64,000 nucleotides of DNA from Auanema rhodensis (taxonomy: Eukaryota; Animalia; Nematoda), in assembly GCA_964057225.1 (NCBI GenBank), contig OZ059894.1:10106001-10170000 (forward strand). The letters run 5' to 3'. A program made the translations under genes and the position numbers. A model generated the notes under the pieces. The model was not told the DNA's origin, did not search any database, and worked only from the letters and a program-made list of their open reading frames with translations. Shown one piece after another: positions 1 to 21,810 of the stretch. Every line of letters starts with the position of its first letter. Positions within the stretch are counted from its first letter, which is position 1.

Positions 1-2036
1 CATGCTAATTAACTAGCTTGGAAGAAGAAAAGTCAATTTTCAGTAGCTTAGCTCAACAAGCACATCTGCTTTTCAAGTTTTTCATCTGGCTCCTCCTTCA
101 GCATCTCCTTCTTCTCTAAACTCTTTGAAATAAGAGCTTTCCTGTTACAAACGAATAAGGATTGTCCGGGAACATCCTCACTTACATGTTTGGTATGCTT
201 TGTTGATGTCTACACGTCATAGAGTTTGCATATCATAGTTAAGATATCAAGTGAAAAGTATTAATTTATGGAAAAAAGTTATAAAAATCCTCCAACATTA
301 AATATTTTTCATAATTTAGAGGAAGAAAAAGGAAAAAGAAGCATTGTCCAGGAAATGCTTGCTCAACAGCTTTGCCTGAAAGAATAAATGGCACTAAATC
401 TCTTTGGCCTTACAGCGAATTTGGATTTTTCAAAAAACAAAGAAATTAAGAAAAATAGATCTTTATCATGCATTAGTAATACTACAGTAATAGTTTGTTA
501 TTATGAGAATGAATGGACAGAAAAGGAAAATGGGAGACAAATGGATAAGAAGTTTGACGGAGTTGAGTTGAGACTACTTCTTTGGCATGTACTACATACA
601 TTCATATGAGAAAACAACACATTCTCTTCGTTTGCCCGAAAATTCATCAAGTTTTCAAACAACTTTTTGGACTTTTATTTGACTTTGTTGATGCTGCAAA
701 CAAAATAGCCAAAAACCTCAGAACTGATCATTGAAAAGCATTTCAATACCGGTAATTGTTTTTTCTTTTTTTTTTTTGCACGTTCAGTCTAATACACATG
801 ATTCGCATAATTAGATAATCTGTAGTAGTCATTGGTAGTCAAAGTTTGAAGACAACGAAATTTAATGATAAATGAACAGATTAGCTATGAACATCCTGTT
901 TGAGCATTTCGGGGGTTTGTACCTTATCAAGTAGAATGCTTCCGCGTTAGTGCCAACCTTCATCGTCTGTCTCTCATACGGATCTTCCCAATGAGTCCAT
1001 AATGAAAATGCTCTATGTTATAGAATAGCCAACTTGACATGGCTCAGCAATTAAGTTGAAGTCATTCTGTATCCGGAAAAGGAAGTTCGGTTACTCATCT
1101 TATCCCCCGCAAAGCTTTCTGTTTTTATTACAGAAGGAGCTACTGCGTTGTAATTCCAGAGTTGAAGTGGATGTAGCTCGTTGAAATACTAATTTCCTAG
1201 CAAAAAAAGGAAGGAGAATATATGACACATATCACATATTTATGCACATTTCGTAAATTAAGACATAATTATATATTAACAACAATAATAATCTGATCAA
1301 TTGGTAAGATTTTGATACAATTGATCATTAAGGAATTCTAGGCATCTACAAATGCAGTGAGGTAGTGCAATCCTTAATTCTTTAAGTTTTACTGCCTATG
1401 GATTGAAGCAATGCCTGGGCTCCCAAATTAAATACATATGAGCTTAATCATAGATGCTCTCATTAATAACATAATCTGAGTCTATACAATAACGGTGAGA
1501 GGTTAAACAAGCAGGTAGGTTATGAAAAATGAAAGAGAAAATAAGAATAGGAGTGGGAGGAAGAGGAAGGGAGAGACAGTGGGATAGGGTGTGGGAACAG
1601 TAGAGGACAGTGAAAAATAAGAATTAAAAAATAATTCCAATATCTAAAATGATTTTTAGGAGAGAAAGGGAGCAGAGAGTGAATACCGGACAAGAGGCAC
1701 CTGGAGAATTAGCAGATGTAAAGCCAGTGTTAATAAATAGTTGGTGTAAAAGATGACTACAATAGTACAGAAATAAATTTTGCCGTTCTTTCTTGAGAAA
1801 AAAAAACAGAAGAAAAAAAGAAGAAAAAAACAATAAAATGTATCACAATATATAGGACTATGTAAATTATATATATATGAACAAGGCAAAATACATATAA
1901 CCAGCAGCAAACTTAGCACCGAAATAGGCATTGATATAGGTGAACACATACGAGGAATTTCCTATTGAAGCAGACACAAGGAAGGGCAGTAAACCACATT
2001 TAAGGATATAATTTTGACTCTAAAACGAGACACAAG

Positions 2037-10262
<8,226 letters not shown>

Positions 10263-10673
10263 CTAAATACAGAATATCTCAATATGAGCCGGTGAAAATT
10301 CGTAAACAATTGGTTCGCTATGACTCAAAAATCTACTATGAGTTGAGCAAAGATTAATCAGTTTGAAAAACTAGGACGACAGCCGGAAATTGAAACAATA
10401 TAACAGGCGGTGTAGAAATGTTACTTTTTCATAAACACTCCAATTTGTTTTATAATAAAACAAAGCTAATACGTAAAGAAAAAACAAAATTTGCAGCCGA
10501 GAATTTATATTTCTAAGTCATATCGATTGCATAAAGTGCATTTCTCCTAGGGTTACAACACATTGGGACACTGGTCATCATTTACTCCAACTGTTCAGAG
10601 GATATTTCAGAATATAGACAAAATTAAACAAGAAAAAGAAGAAAAGTAAGATGGAAAATAATAGAAAACTCAC

Positions 10674-10769
10674 AGTGATTTTATCGAGCGTGCTTGGGGC
10701 TGACCACACGATGATATGAACGTTCTACTTTAATGATCTTGCAACGGCTGTAAGGACATCTATCAAATC
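10674..10769 (-). other. Probable non-coding 5' UTR exon of mrck-1
   Basis: Bounded by a GTTTCAG acceptor and a GTGAGT donor. All three frames contain stops. The mrck-1 ATG sits immediately after an acceptor. Confidence 0.55.
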
Positions 10770-13700
10770 CTGAAACAGTGGATTAGAGAAAAGATAGCTA
10801 CAACAGGGAAACGAATTAAAGTCTGAGAAAGACGAATAAATAGTTGAATTGGGAGAGTAAGTAGGTTCATTCAAGTGCCAAGGCAAGCCCGAGATTATTT
10901 ACTCACTCAAATCAGAAGAAAATATCCATTAATCAATCAATGAAACAAGTTGATCACTGGTGAACTTTATAAAAATTTTTATGGAGAATTAGTATTTGAA
11001 TGAATGTAGTGAATGTTCATAAGAGATATCATAGACGAAAAATTGAACCAGCAAGCAACATAAGGGAGAGGCCATTCACTCAACACACACCACATGCATA
11101 CAGAGAAATACACACACACAATGTCATCTGCCGTGTTTGGTAATATAGAGGAGTGTTTTGATTGAATTTAGTCGGTATTGGATTATTTTAAATGGAATTC
11201 AATGATATAGAGATGTATTCCATTCAGTTGAGAGCAGAAAATTAGCATACTAGCCCAGCAAAGTTAGTGGTCTTGTACCGAATTGTTCATAGTTTAAAGA
11301 GGTTACGAGTACGGAGTTTGCGCCAGCAAAAATAAATGCGCCTTAGATGGTCAAGGCGTCTTATAGCTAGCGCGTATACAAGAAGTCTCGTACAGTGCTG
11401 GTTGAAAAACATCTTAAAGAGCAGAGGATGATAAAGAAGATTCGGGTGATGAAAATGGTGACGATGAGAATGTTGTGTTGATCAGAGAGGAAAGTAGTAG
11501 CATAAAACATCATTGAATAAGACACATAGAGGTGTGGCTATACTTAGAGTCAAAGAGTTTTGTTGACTTTCCGTACCCTTTTTTGGTCAGCATCTAATGT
11601 CACCTTGAGCGCACAACGGGCCTAGGAGGACAGTTGCGTTAGCTGCCAACCTACTGCTGGGTAAGAAAGACTTGGAAGACAGATCCGAGTGATGAGGCTG
11701 AGTCATAGCCGGCAAAAACGAAACAGACGCGGAAAAGAGACTTGACAGTCCTAACAGAATATAAGCACAAAGGGCCAACCATTGGGAAAGCGAAAAGAAG
11801 GAAGAATCGGTTGGAAATAAGTGTGGATGGGTATAAAAGGGACGCCAGGTCAGTTACGATTGGCCAGCTTATCGCATTGCGCTATCTTATAACGTGAAGC
11901 TGACGGCTAGACAGCTACTAGACATGGGGAAAAGGGGAGAAAAGGGTGGGAACATTGAGCTCTAAGTTGTAATATTTCGAAAAGGTGCCAAATAAACTGA
12001 CGAACGAAAAGAACTAACAAAATATGAGAGGAACTGATGATCGAGTGTATATGTGTGTGTGTGTTGTGATCAAATCAGAAATTGTAGCCACATATCGCAA
12101 TTTCAAGAGGATGTTCTAGCAAATGGGAAGGCACATCGTGTCTCGGGATCGGATCTAGAAGGGAGAAAAAAAGAGAAGACGACAAAGCTAACTACTCATT
12201 CCAAAGGCTGTAGGGCGAAGAGGGCAGGCCAATTGAGGGCGTTTTCGGTTGAGGGATTTAACGAATAGAACATCTAAGATATTATGTTAATCGACGAGAG
12301 TCCAGACTTCGTGTTGTTCTCCGACAGCAAGGGAGTTAAAGAGAAAAAGAGAGAAAGATCATCACCAGTAGCAGCAGCAGACTAACAAGTCGACCTCCTA
12401 ACTGGAAACTATACGGAGGAGGACGAACAGAGCGATTCTCCTCGGGCCCTCTAGCATCACAGTGAACAGGACACACAGTAAGACAGCACATACTGTCTAG
12501 AGAGGACTAGAGAAACAGAAACTAAGAAACGGTTCGAGCTGAAGCTGATGGTTGGCCTATCATCTTCTTGTATGTCATAAACCAGTGAAGAGAGACAAAC
12601 ATGTACTTGGGTCACCGACAACTAAGCGGGTTGATAGAATATGCCAATGACTGAGAGAGCAGGGTAAGAAGAGCTAGTATACAAGAGCAATCGAGGTTAT
12701 AAAGGGATAGAATATAACAAGATGGGAGCGAAAAATGGGATTTAAGACTAACCGTCCGCTGTATTTAATCGAATCGAAATAAACCAAAAAGTAGTTTTGC
12801 ATCAGCCGTGAGCACTCACGTGAGTGTGTAAAACAAGGATTGAATCACTCAATAAACAGATAGTTGAAGAATGAAAGATCATTGAAGAAATAAATATATT
12901 CATAGTTCGAAACCTAATTCAATTTAGAATCATGGTGTCTTCGGCATTGTCTGTACATAGTGAGACAAAGATGCTACTGGTTATGTTGTTGAACACCTGC
13001 CTCAAGCAGTGTTCTCTTTCCAACCATCTGCACCTTGTTCACCATATCTACTAGCATGTGACTTCCCATATTTGTATTTAGTAAGCAAAGCTCACATACA
13101 ATTGATTTTCTATGCCTTAAACTTAATTAGTTTTGAATTTATTATTAGTAATTACAATTAGAATCATACGAATTTTTAAGAAGTGATTCTATTAAAAATG
13201 GAAGCATTAGAGGAGAAACAGTTTTCGGCATGAACTTTCATAGATTTCGATCGTTTTAAGATATTTCAATAGCATCTCCAATTGACTTTAACTTCAATTC
13301 AGCACGGAACAATACAACTAGAAAATGACGAGAACAAGCTTAATCAACAAGCATGTATGTGCCACCCGCATTCAATGAGATGAAACCCACTGGTATAGAG
13401 AGAGGGGTAGGAAAGAGGGTAATATCGTTTGCTAAAGGGTATCAGATCAAGAAAGGACATGCGGCTTGCTTGAAAAGTAAAAAGATCTACGAATCAGATT
13501 ACACCATAATACGGTAATGGCTGTTCACGATCGGATTACGAGACAGACGACACGTACTCAATGAAAGCAATGAAGGCGTGTGAAGCTTAAAAAGGGGTAA
13601 ACGTATGGTCAAAAGGCTATCGTAAGATTGTTCTTACATTTTCCATGTATGTACATCTTATGGAAGAAGACAAGCAACAAGCTGTATATCATGAAGAATG

Positions 13701-16700
13701 ATCTTCTGCGACATTTGCAAGAAGTCGAAGAAGACGTTTTTTGTGTGGAAAATACATGGATAGTCGGAATACCTTGATTTGACGTGTCATATATACATTT
13801 CAACGATCAATGTAATGACAAGCAAAAACAAAAAAAAACCAAAAACGAAATGGGGAAGAATTAGAAGAAAGGCTTTGAAAGAGAGATATAACTATTGGTT
13901 GAAAGATTGGTAAGTCGAGGTCACTCTGTTTGTACGCATTAGGATTAAGTTCAGCTACAAGCAGATGTTATAACTAAAGCATTCTTTTGAAAGAAATATG
14001 TATGTACAACTGAAGAAATTGCTCAAGTAGTTGTTTCCTTGACGCTGTATATCCTGGGCTTCCAAAAAATGGCTCGGAATAATTCCTAATTTTCGACGGA
14101 AAAATTGGAAATTCCATCAGTATATCGAGTGTACGAGTGTATGGGCTAACTGAAAGCAACTGCTAATTGATGTCTGTCTGACGGGCAAAGGAAGTTTTCT
14201 TTCAAAAAAAAAGAAAATTTATACTATCAAATACGAAATTATGAGCAAAAAATAGTAGAAAGAAAGTGGTATGAAGCTGACAAGTTGGAGCAGGCTTCAT
14301 ATATCGCGTGGTTAGGCTGCCCTTCCACCAAAATCGAAGACTTTGTCGACAACCACGACGTACAAATACAAGTCGTCGATCGCGTCGTTGCTTTGTTCAA
14401 GCTGAAACCAAAACAAAACTTTTCCTCCTCTCTTCGATGTACAACCATACTCTTTTTCTCTACTATCAGAGGTATGTAAAGACAAAAATGGTGGGCTAAG
14501 CAAATTTTTTTTTGTTGGAAAATTCTTTTCTAAACAGTCATCTAGGAAGATTCCTTTGTATTGAGTACACATTAAGCTGTGCTCAATTCGTAAGTTGAAT
14601 ATGATGAATAGCCCATCCACCTACTACAGCAGATTTACGAGCACATCTGTAGTTAATCAAACTCTAACCCATCCTCATCTGAAGTTCTTTCAAGTTTTAG
14701 AGAAATTGTAAAGGTTCAATTCAAAGTTCAGTAAATCTGCTAGTGCACTACTCACTACTCAAGCCACATAGCATTGATTTCAAAGCAGAAAGCATAAACT
14801 CGTATAGATCATCTTCCAAGCTTGAAATAGAACAGCGTAAAATTTGTTAACAACTTTCTTAAGCTTTTAATAGATTATTTTCAATAATTTGAATATAAAG
14901 AATTAATTGATTAATTAGTAAAAATCAAAATTTACATATATGACTATTGCTCTTGAGCCAACAATTGAATGACCAATTCTGCTAATTTGACTTGGAATGG
15001 CTTTGCTCTATTATTGAATTTTGGTTGTAATCAATTGTCATTCTACTTTCTTACTCTAAATGTATAAATGAAAAATGAGAAGAAATTGATTTCTTCATAT
15101 CATTTCAATTTTTCCCGAAATACAGTTCATTGAGCAAAAAGCATGATTGTTAAAAGAATTAGCAATATAAGTGGTTATCGATATATTTCATAGAAATAAC
15201 GAGAGGAGAAACATCAGAAAGTACGGAATATGTGGTTATACAGATGATAACTGATGACAAATCGTTAATCATTTGTATACAATCTGAAGAAAAAGGAAAA
15301 ATAATAGGAAACATGACAATTGGCGTGTTTGTGTGTGTTTGTGAGTGAGTGTTATATTCAGAAGTTTCAGGAAAAAAGGTTTTTTTTCTGTTTAAGATGA
15401 AAAAGACAAATTAAAAACAAATTAATGTTATAATTTTGTAATAAAACTCGCAATTCTTTGATAGAAAATAGCCATGAAACTTGTAGTAGCATAGAGAAAA
15501 AGCTATGATAACGATGAATGAAAAGGAATAAGAAAAACCGGACAGAATGAGATAGTTAGGATTGGGAACTGAGTTGGAAAAACGACAGACGAAGACAAAA
15601 AAAAACTATTTGACAATAGAATCGGAAAGTCGTTGTTAGAAGAGCTTTGAGCTAAACATGAGAAAAAGTATCGAAGAAGCGTGAACTGCTCACACGTACC
15701 AGAGGATTACGGGTTAAATGAAATAAGCTGAACAATTATTCTCATTGGAACAACGCTTAAGACGTTGTGCTAACATGTTAAGACCGGAAATACGGTTGAT
15801 AGAACATGCTTCTGATTCTGAAGTCGTTCTATCATCAATTCACAGCATATCTCTTCGAGGAGTTTAAACTTTGAGGGCAAACGAAGAACAATACGCACTC
15901 AGAATTTATAGAAAGTGAACAAAGAATGCAAGAACAGGTAACATTGAAATGAATATTAGAAACGTTCGTATAGCTATATGGTATAATATAGTAAAATATA
16001 ATGAATTTATAAGGTTTTTCATCGAAATGTATTAACATACGTAGTTAGATACATGTATCTGTACGTAATATGTTCATAGGTATGTAGGAATATAGAAAGA
16101 AATCAATAAATATATCAAATGATAAGTGAAATCTTGTAATGAAAAATGTTTTCAATAAATGAAAGAAACACTATGATGATTTAGAAATGTCCACGAAAAG
16201 ATTTTCAAAACGAAGTGGAAGTCAGAAGAAAGTTGGATAATAAAAAAGGAGAAAGATAAAGAGAGAGAGAGAGAAATTAATGAATAAAGAATATGGAAAA
16301 AAGAGATAGGGTAACAGATAATGAGAGAAAACGAATAGATTAAGAAGAAGAAGAAGAAGAGAGAGGGAGTGAGGGAGAGAGAGAGAGAGAGAGTGACAAA
16401 ATACAACCGCTTTCTCTATTCTACGTATAATAAAATGAAATTCAGTCGGTGTATCTAAACTCACGTGCTCTCCCGCTACCGGTTATGTTTGTAAGCACGT
16501 AAATCCACGTGTGTCATACGGAGATATTATGCAAATTAAATGAGATTAATTTGAAAATTACGAGAATAAGTAGCATTTCTGAGGAGGAAAGAAAGGATTG
16601 TAGAGTAGAGTGCTTGTGTGAAGCTTTGAGAGCAGATGTTGTGTCCACTACGTAACGACGTCAAATTAACGGCGGCAGACTGAGAGGATAAGAAGTGCAA

Positions 16701-18487
16701 ACACACAAGACAGCAGATCCCTGCAATACTTTATCCAAAAGTGAAAGAACCTAGCTATAAGATGTGATTTGACTTCCAGGTAATAGTTCGAAATTCTTGT
16801 CATAAATTCAAATTAAGATGGAGAGAGAGAGAGAGAGAGCAAGTTGAAAAGAGATGGGGAAGCTTCATAAGCTTAAAAGCTGCAAAGTAAGTTTGTAAAT
16901 GATTTTTGATGTTAATACGGTAATACAAGGAAGATAAACATACATATATCAGTTTTTGTGTATAGTTAGTTATGTTTATAAGTAGTATAAGTAAATAAAA
17001 TTAATATAAAATATTTATATTTAATTATAAAGAATAGACAAGTAAGTAAGTGCATTAGCTAAAAAAAGAAATGAATGAAGTTGCTTTGAATAATATTGTT
17101 ATGACAATAGATAATTTGAAACTTTAAAACTCTTATCAAACAGTTTTTAATTACAAAAATTGGATTATTGTAATGAGTGTGTAGAGAACATTCAAAATAT
17201 TATCATTAACTATATGCTAAAATAATTGTAAATACACCAAATTATATGAATAGTTAGCTCACTTCAGCCTGAGTATAGGTTATAAAGCTTGCAACCCAAC
17301 CCAACAATGCGCGAGACTCAATAAACTTGCTAGAAAGATGAGAGAAAACATGACTGTAATCATAAAGTTTATGACTTCCCAAACATGGAACACTAATCGG
17401 CTTATCATATACAACACTATTCATCGATTATATCATGAACTATATAGTGCTTGTTACTTAGACAGTAGTTAAAAATCTAAAATATCCTAAAAAAACATTG
17501 AAATTCATGAAACTAATTGGATTTAGCTACACGAAATTCGTGGAAAATGGCAATACCTCAAAGATTTTTGAATTTTTTTTCAAAAAAAAAGAAAGCATTT
17601 TGAGAGAAAAATAAATATAATAGTAACTATACTGTTATTAGTTGAAAAGAAAATGTTTGAATTTGTTTTTTTGTGTTAAAAACAAAAATTTAGGGAGATT
17701 TGTGTGTGTGGTATTGGAAAAAGACAAATAAACTTCAGGATTAACATTCTGGTTGTCCAATAGCACTAAGAGATGAAAAATGAATTTTTGAAAACGATAA
17801 TGAAACTGAAAGCTGAGAGTAGCGCCTAAACCATATGAGAAGCTGTATTTAGGCGACAGGCTGTTTATGCAAATTTCAAGTTTTAATGCTGCAATCGTTA
17901 AACGCTGCAAGCGGCATCTGGGTGATGATAGACTGACTGTCAATCTGCATTCTGATTAATCTTGGCACGTGCTAGTTATATGGCGGTGTCTGTGATGCTG
18001 ATGATTTCTAATAAGTAAAATGATGCCCAAACAAGAAATACAGTGTGATATTGTAAAATTTGAGAAGAATGTGAGTGTGGGGGGCTAGCGCATTTGGTAC
18101 GATAAAGCCTACTTTCGATCGTAAAAAAGCTCTAAAGTTAAGAAAAGTCTTTAGTATATACGAATAGATTCGGAATTTTGTTATGGTAGCAGGATTGGAG
18201 GAAAAGGCGAAAAATCGCCAAAAACCAATGACGAGAAACGGAAAATGAGATTTATGGAAAAATAAAGAAAAAACACCGCAAAAACAGGACCGACATGTGA
18301 ATATTGTTCTACTCAGGTATCCAGCAAAAACCCATTATACATAGAGGTATAGCTTCTTCAGCAGCTCATCAGAAGCATCTGCTTATCGTTGTCGAACAGC
18401 GCTTCTTGTGTTGTCTCTGTTGGTCCCAGCTCGGAGATGAACAAACACGAAACGATTACAAAGAGCAGAGGAACGAACACATTTTTA

Positions 18488-18489
<2 letters not shown>

Positions 18490-18542
<53 letters not shown>

Positions 18543-18563
18543 TCTTTCTCTCTCTTTCTCTCT
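18490..18563. repeat. (TC)n microsatellite
   Basis: Direct reading of the sequence. Confidence 0.95.
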
Positions 18564-20932
18564 GTTCCTTATTCTTCCTTTTTCTCTAACTATAGTAGTC
18601 CACAGATGTCTCTCTGGTTCATAATCATCTTCTCTTCCTCTATCTTCCTTTTCTCGTTTTCTTACCCGTCGGTTCGTTTTTGTTTCCATCGTTACAATCA
18701 ATCTTTTAGCTATTTCAAGACTTTCTCCGATGGTTTGTAAGACATCACTGAACTGTTAATGAAAAAAAGAAATTCGAGCTGCTGTGCGTGAATGACCTTG
18801 CTCCGTGGACACCTACCAATGAGAGTTTAAATGGGTAAAAGCAGTTTCATCTCTTCTTTTCTCAAATCTCAAAGCTTTTCTCTGTGTCAATGAAGATAAG
18901 AAGAAGAATTAGAAGAAGAAGAAAGTATGAAGCGTATGAGAAAAAAAAATTGGCTTTGAGTTTTAGTAGAAGTGTGAAATGAGCAGCTTAACTATAAATA
19001 TTGGAAGAAACGGAAGAAGTTATAGCTTTACCGCCTTCCTTTATTCCATATCGCAACTAGCACACCCGTAGAATAAGAGGAAAAACTAAAAATAGGAGAA
19101 AGCCGAAGGAAAAACAATGTATAGACGGATAAACGGCTGGTTTTATTCTGGTCAGGAAGAATGCCTCAAGAGGATGAGGATGAAGATGATAACGCTTCTT
19201 CTCAAGAGCATAATTGAATGTATGTTATCCGGAAATCTTGACTAATTAACAGATATCTTGTTTCAGAATTTTGCAATAAATCGTAACATCAAATGATGAA
19301 ATCAATGATCCTGAAGCTGACACATTAATGGACAGCATACATGACCATTGCCTGGAGATTTATTGCTGTGACTTCATACTGTCATGAGTTACTTGATACA
19401 TCTGGTCAGCAAGAATAGTTTTTCGTCTATGTAACATGGAGGGAATAAGATTCTGGAAGACATGCTTCCAAGATATTGCCATTGATGTATATAGATGTAT
19501 GTATGACTATGTATGCATCGTTGGCGCCAGCCTGAATCTGGAATTCATTGAGGGCTTGTAGGAGACGCAGCTTGATTTTCTCTGACAGGTTGCCATTCTA
19601 ACAGGCTATATTCAAGGACTAAAATTCTGTGAAATTAGACGAACAAAATTAAAAAAAATATTTTTACAGAGAGAAAACAAGATAAAAGGATAACGATAAC
19701 CGGAGGATTATGGAAAGGAAATCTGGATAAGATGAAAAGTGGTGGGTAATGAATGAACAGGAAAAGCAGTAGATGCAGATGAAGAAGAAGAGCAGAAGCT
19801 CTTAGTGCTTGTCAAGTTAATTAGCTAACAAGAAGAAGCAGACAGCTGATCATAGCGATCGTCAAGACGAGACAAAGCAACTATGAGATCACAGGAACAG
19901 GATGAAAGCAAAGAAACATATTTAAACAAATATTTGCATTTGAATTACTTATTCTATTAAGATGATATAACTCAGATAGTGAGCAGAAATATGAATTTCA
20001 ACAACAACAACCATCGAATCTTCTTGCAAAAAGGACAAGACTGCTTATGCAGGTATGATTTCATCGAGAGAGTCATCAAATGACAGCAAAAATTGCTCGT
20101 GGAAATGGAATTCATATTGAGAAAATCATAATGTACAAAGTTTGGACGACAACAAACGACTGATGATAGGAATAACAAAGGTCATCTGAAGAGATAGCAC
20201 TGTAAGGAGGATGACGACGTCAGAATGGTCATACGACCGCTTACAAGGATTCAACAGATGTTTCCGATGAAATCATAACATCTTTCAGAGTGAAAAGAGA
20301 AACAGTTTATGACCGATAATAGTATTTAAACATTTTTTTGCTTTCCAATGTACATTCACACACATACACACACACACATCAACACATAGTTGATCCTTTC
20401 CCTTTTGTTATTATTTTTTGTTGATTTCTTATCATAAAAAGTAAATAAACATGGATTTTAATCAAAATGTGTGTATTCTTCATTGATGAAATTTATATTT
20501 TCAAATTTTCGTTCATATAACTTACTCCAATGATTGCATAAGACGTAGTACAAATGATGTCAAATGAAGTCAAGTTGCATTTAACGTCCTTAAAAAAGTT
20601 TTTTTTTCTGAAAAGTTCAAGTGAGTGGTTGAACAATGAATATGTAGTAAGTGACCATTCAACATATTTCAAAATACAATTTTATAACATATAGTAAGCG
20701 AATATTATGCCGAAATAGTTAAAATGGCGATACATTTGAAAGCCTAACGTGCAGAGATATGTAATTCATTAAGCTGTATATGCCTTTCATCGCCGGAAGA
20801 TATTAAAACTTTATCCCGCACAAGGACATGTTGAAGATTTTCAAAGAGGAAAAATTCAATAATAAGACGAAATGAGAGGTGTTTCGCATGGCTAAGCGTC
20901 TTCTTCTTCGTTGTCATAGCCTTTTTCTCTTC

Positions 20933-20935
<3 letters not shown>

Positions 20936-20975
<40 letters not shown>
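20936..20975. repeat. (TC)n microsatellite
   Basis: Direct reading of the sequence. Confidence 0.95.
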
Positions 20976-20976
<1 letters not shown>

Positions 20977-21810
20977 TACAGCATCAGTCAGCCTAAACCA
21001 TCCTTGTCATCGGCGCCCCCTAACAATCACCACGACCACCATCAGCAATTCAAATCCAGTTCGGCGACAAATTAACAGCATTTATCCACTGAGGGATATA
21101 TCTCCCTGTCAGGTTGAAATTTGAAGAGAAGGTAAATGTAAATGTTGGTTCAAACTGATCGTAGTTCAACACGAATTTTCAGTTTTAATTATGATTTGTG
21201 TATTCATCAACATCTTCAAGTCACAAGAATAAAATTTATATTGCTTAGCAATAGCATACACGTATAACAGAAAGGCCACCTATATAATAAAACTACTGCG
21301 AATAGGACATACATGGCGAACTTGGTAAAGATTTGGCGAAAAGTTGAAACATAGCATAGCAGCTAACAACAAATGAGATTATTAGACCTAAATACTAAAA
21401 ATGAATATATGTATTGCTGTGGAGGGGAGAGGGATTTTTAAAATAGGAAAATGAAAATTATAACGAGAAAGACAAAAAGAAAGGTGTGGACGAGGGACTG
21501 AGAGAGAGAGAGATAGAGAGAAAGTAAGAGTGAGAGACATAGGAACAAAAAAGGAGGTAACCGTGACATTAAACTTTCCGAGAGCAGAAACAGCTGAGAT
21601 AATGATATGTGCAATAAAGTCATCTATGAACCAAAATTATCAGTAGTTACATAAAAAGTTCAAACACGTAAGAAATGGATGGATATAACGCATAAAATAT
21701 TTTGGGTGCTTTAAAGATAAAATATAAACTTGGAAACGAATTATATTAAAGAAGAGCAAAACATATAAAGATCTCTGTAGATCTGTGAAGATCATTCAAA
21801 TGCCCTGAAT

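Noticed and set aside
48-220. Possible two-exon minus-strand mini-ORF (MTCRHQQSIPNMKALISKSLEKKEMLKEEPDEKLEKQMCLLS*) with a 44-nt GT-AG intron
   Set aside because: The splice sites look plausible, but the peptide is tiny, unrecognisable and at the window edge, so it cannot be supported.
18660-18692. Possible distal first exon METKTNRR|gtaaga in frame with the mrck-1 ATG
   Set aside because: A single donor-like site in 11 kb of non-coding DNA is expected by chance, and there is no other support.
19063-19085. miR-100/miR-51-family seed (CACCCGTAGA)
   Set aside because: The seed region has no pairing partner on either side, so there is no pre-miRNA hairpin.
19161-19387. Plus-strand exon-like pair with an acidic peptide
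   Set aside because: In-frame stops occur on both sides of the putative intron.
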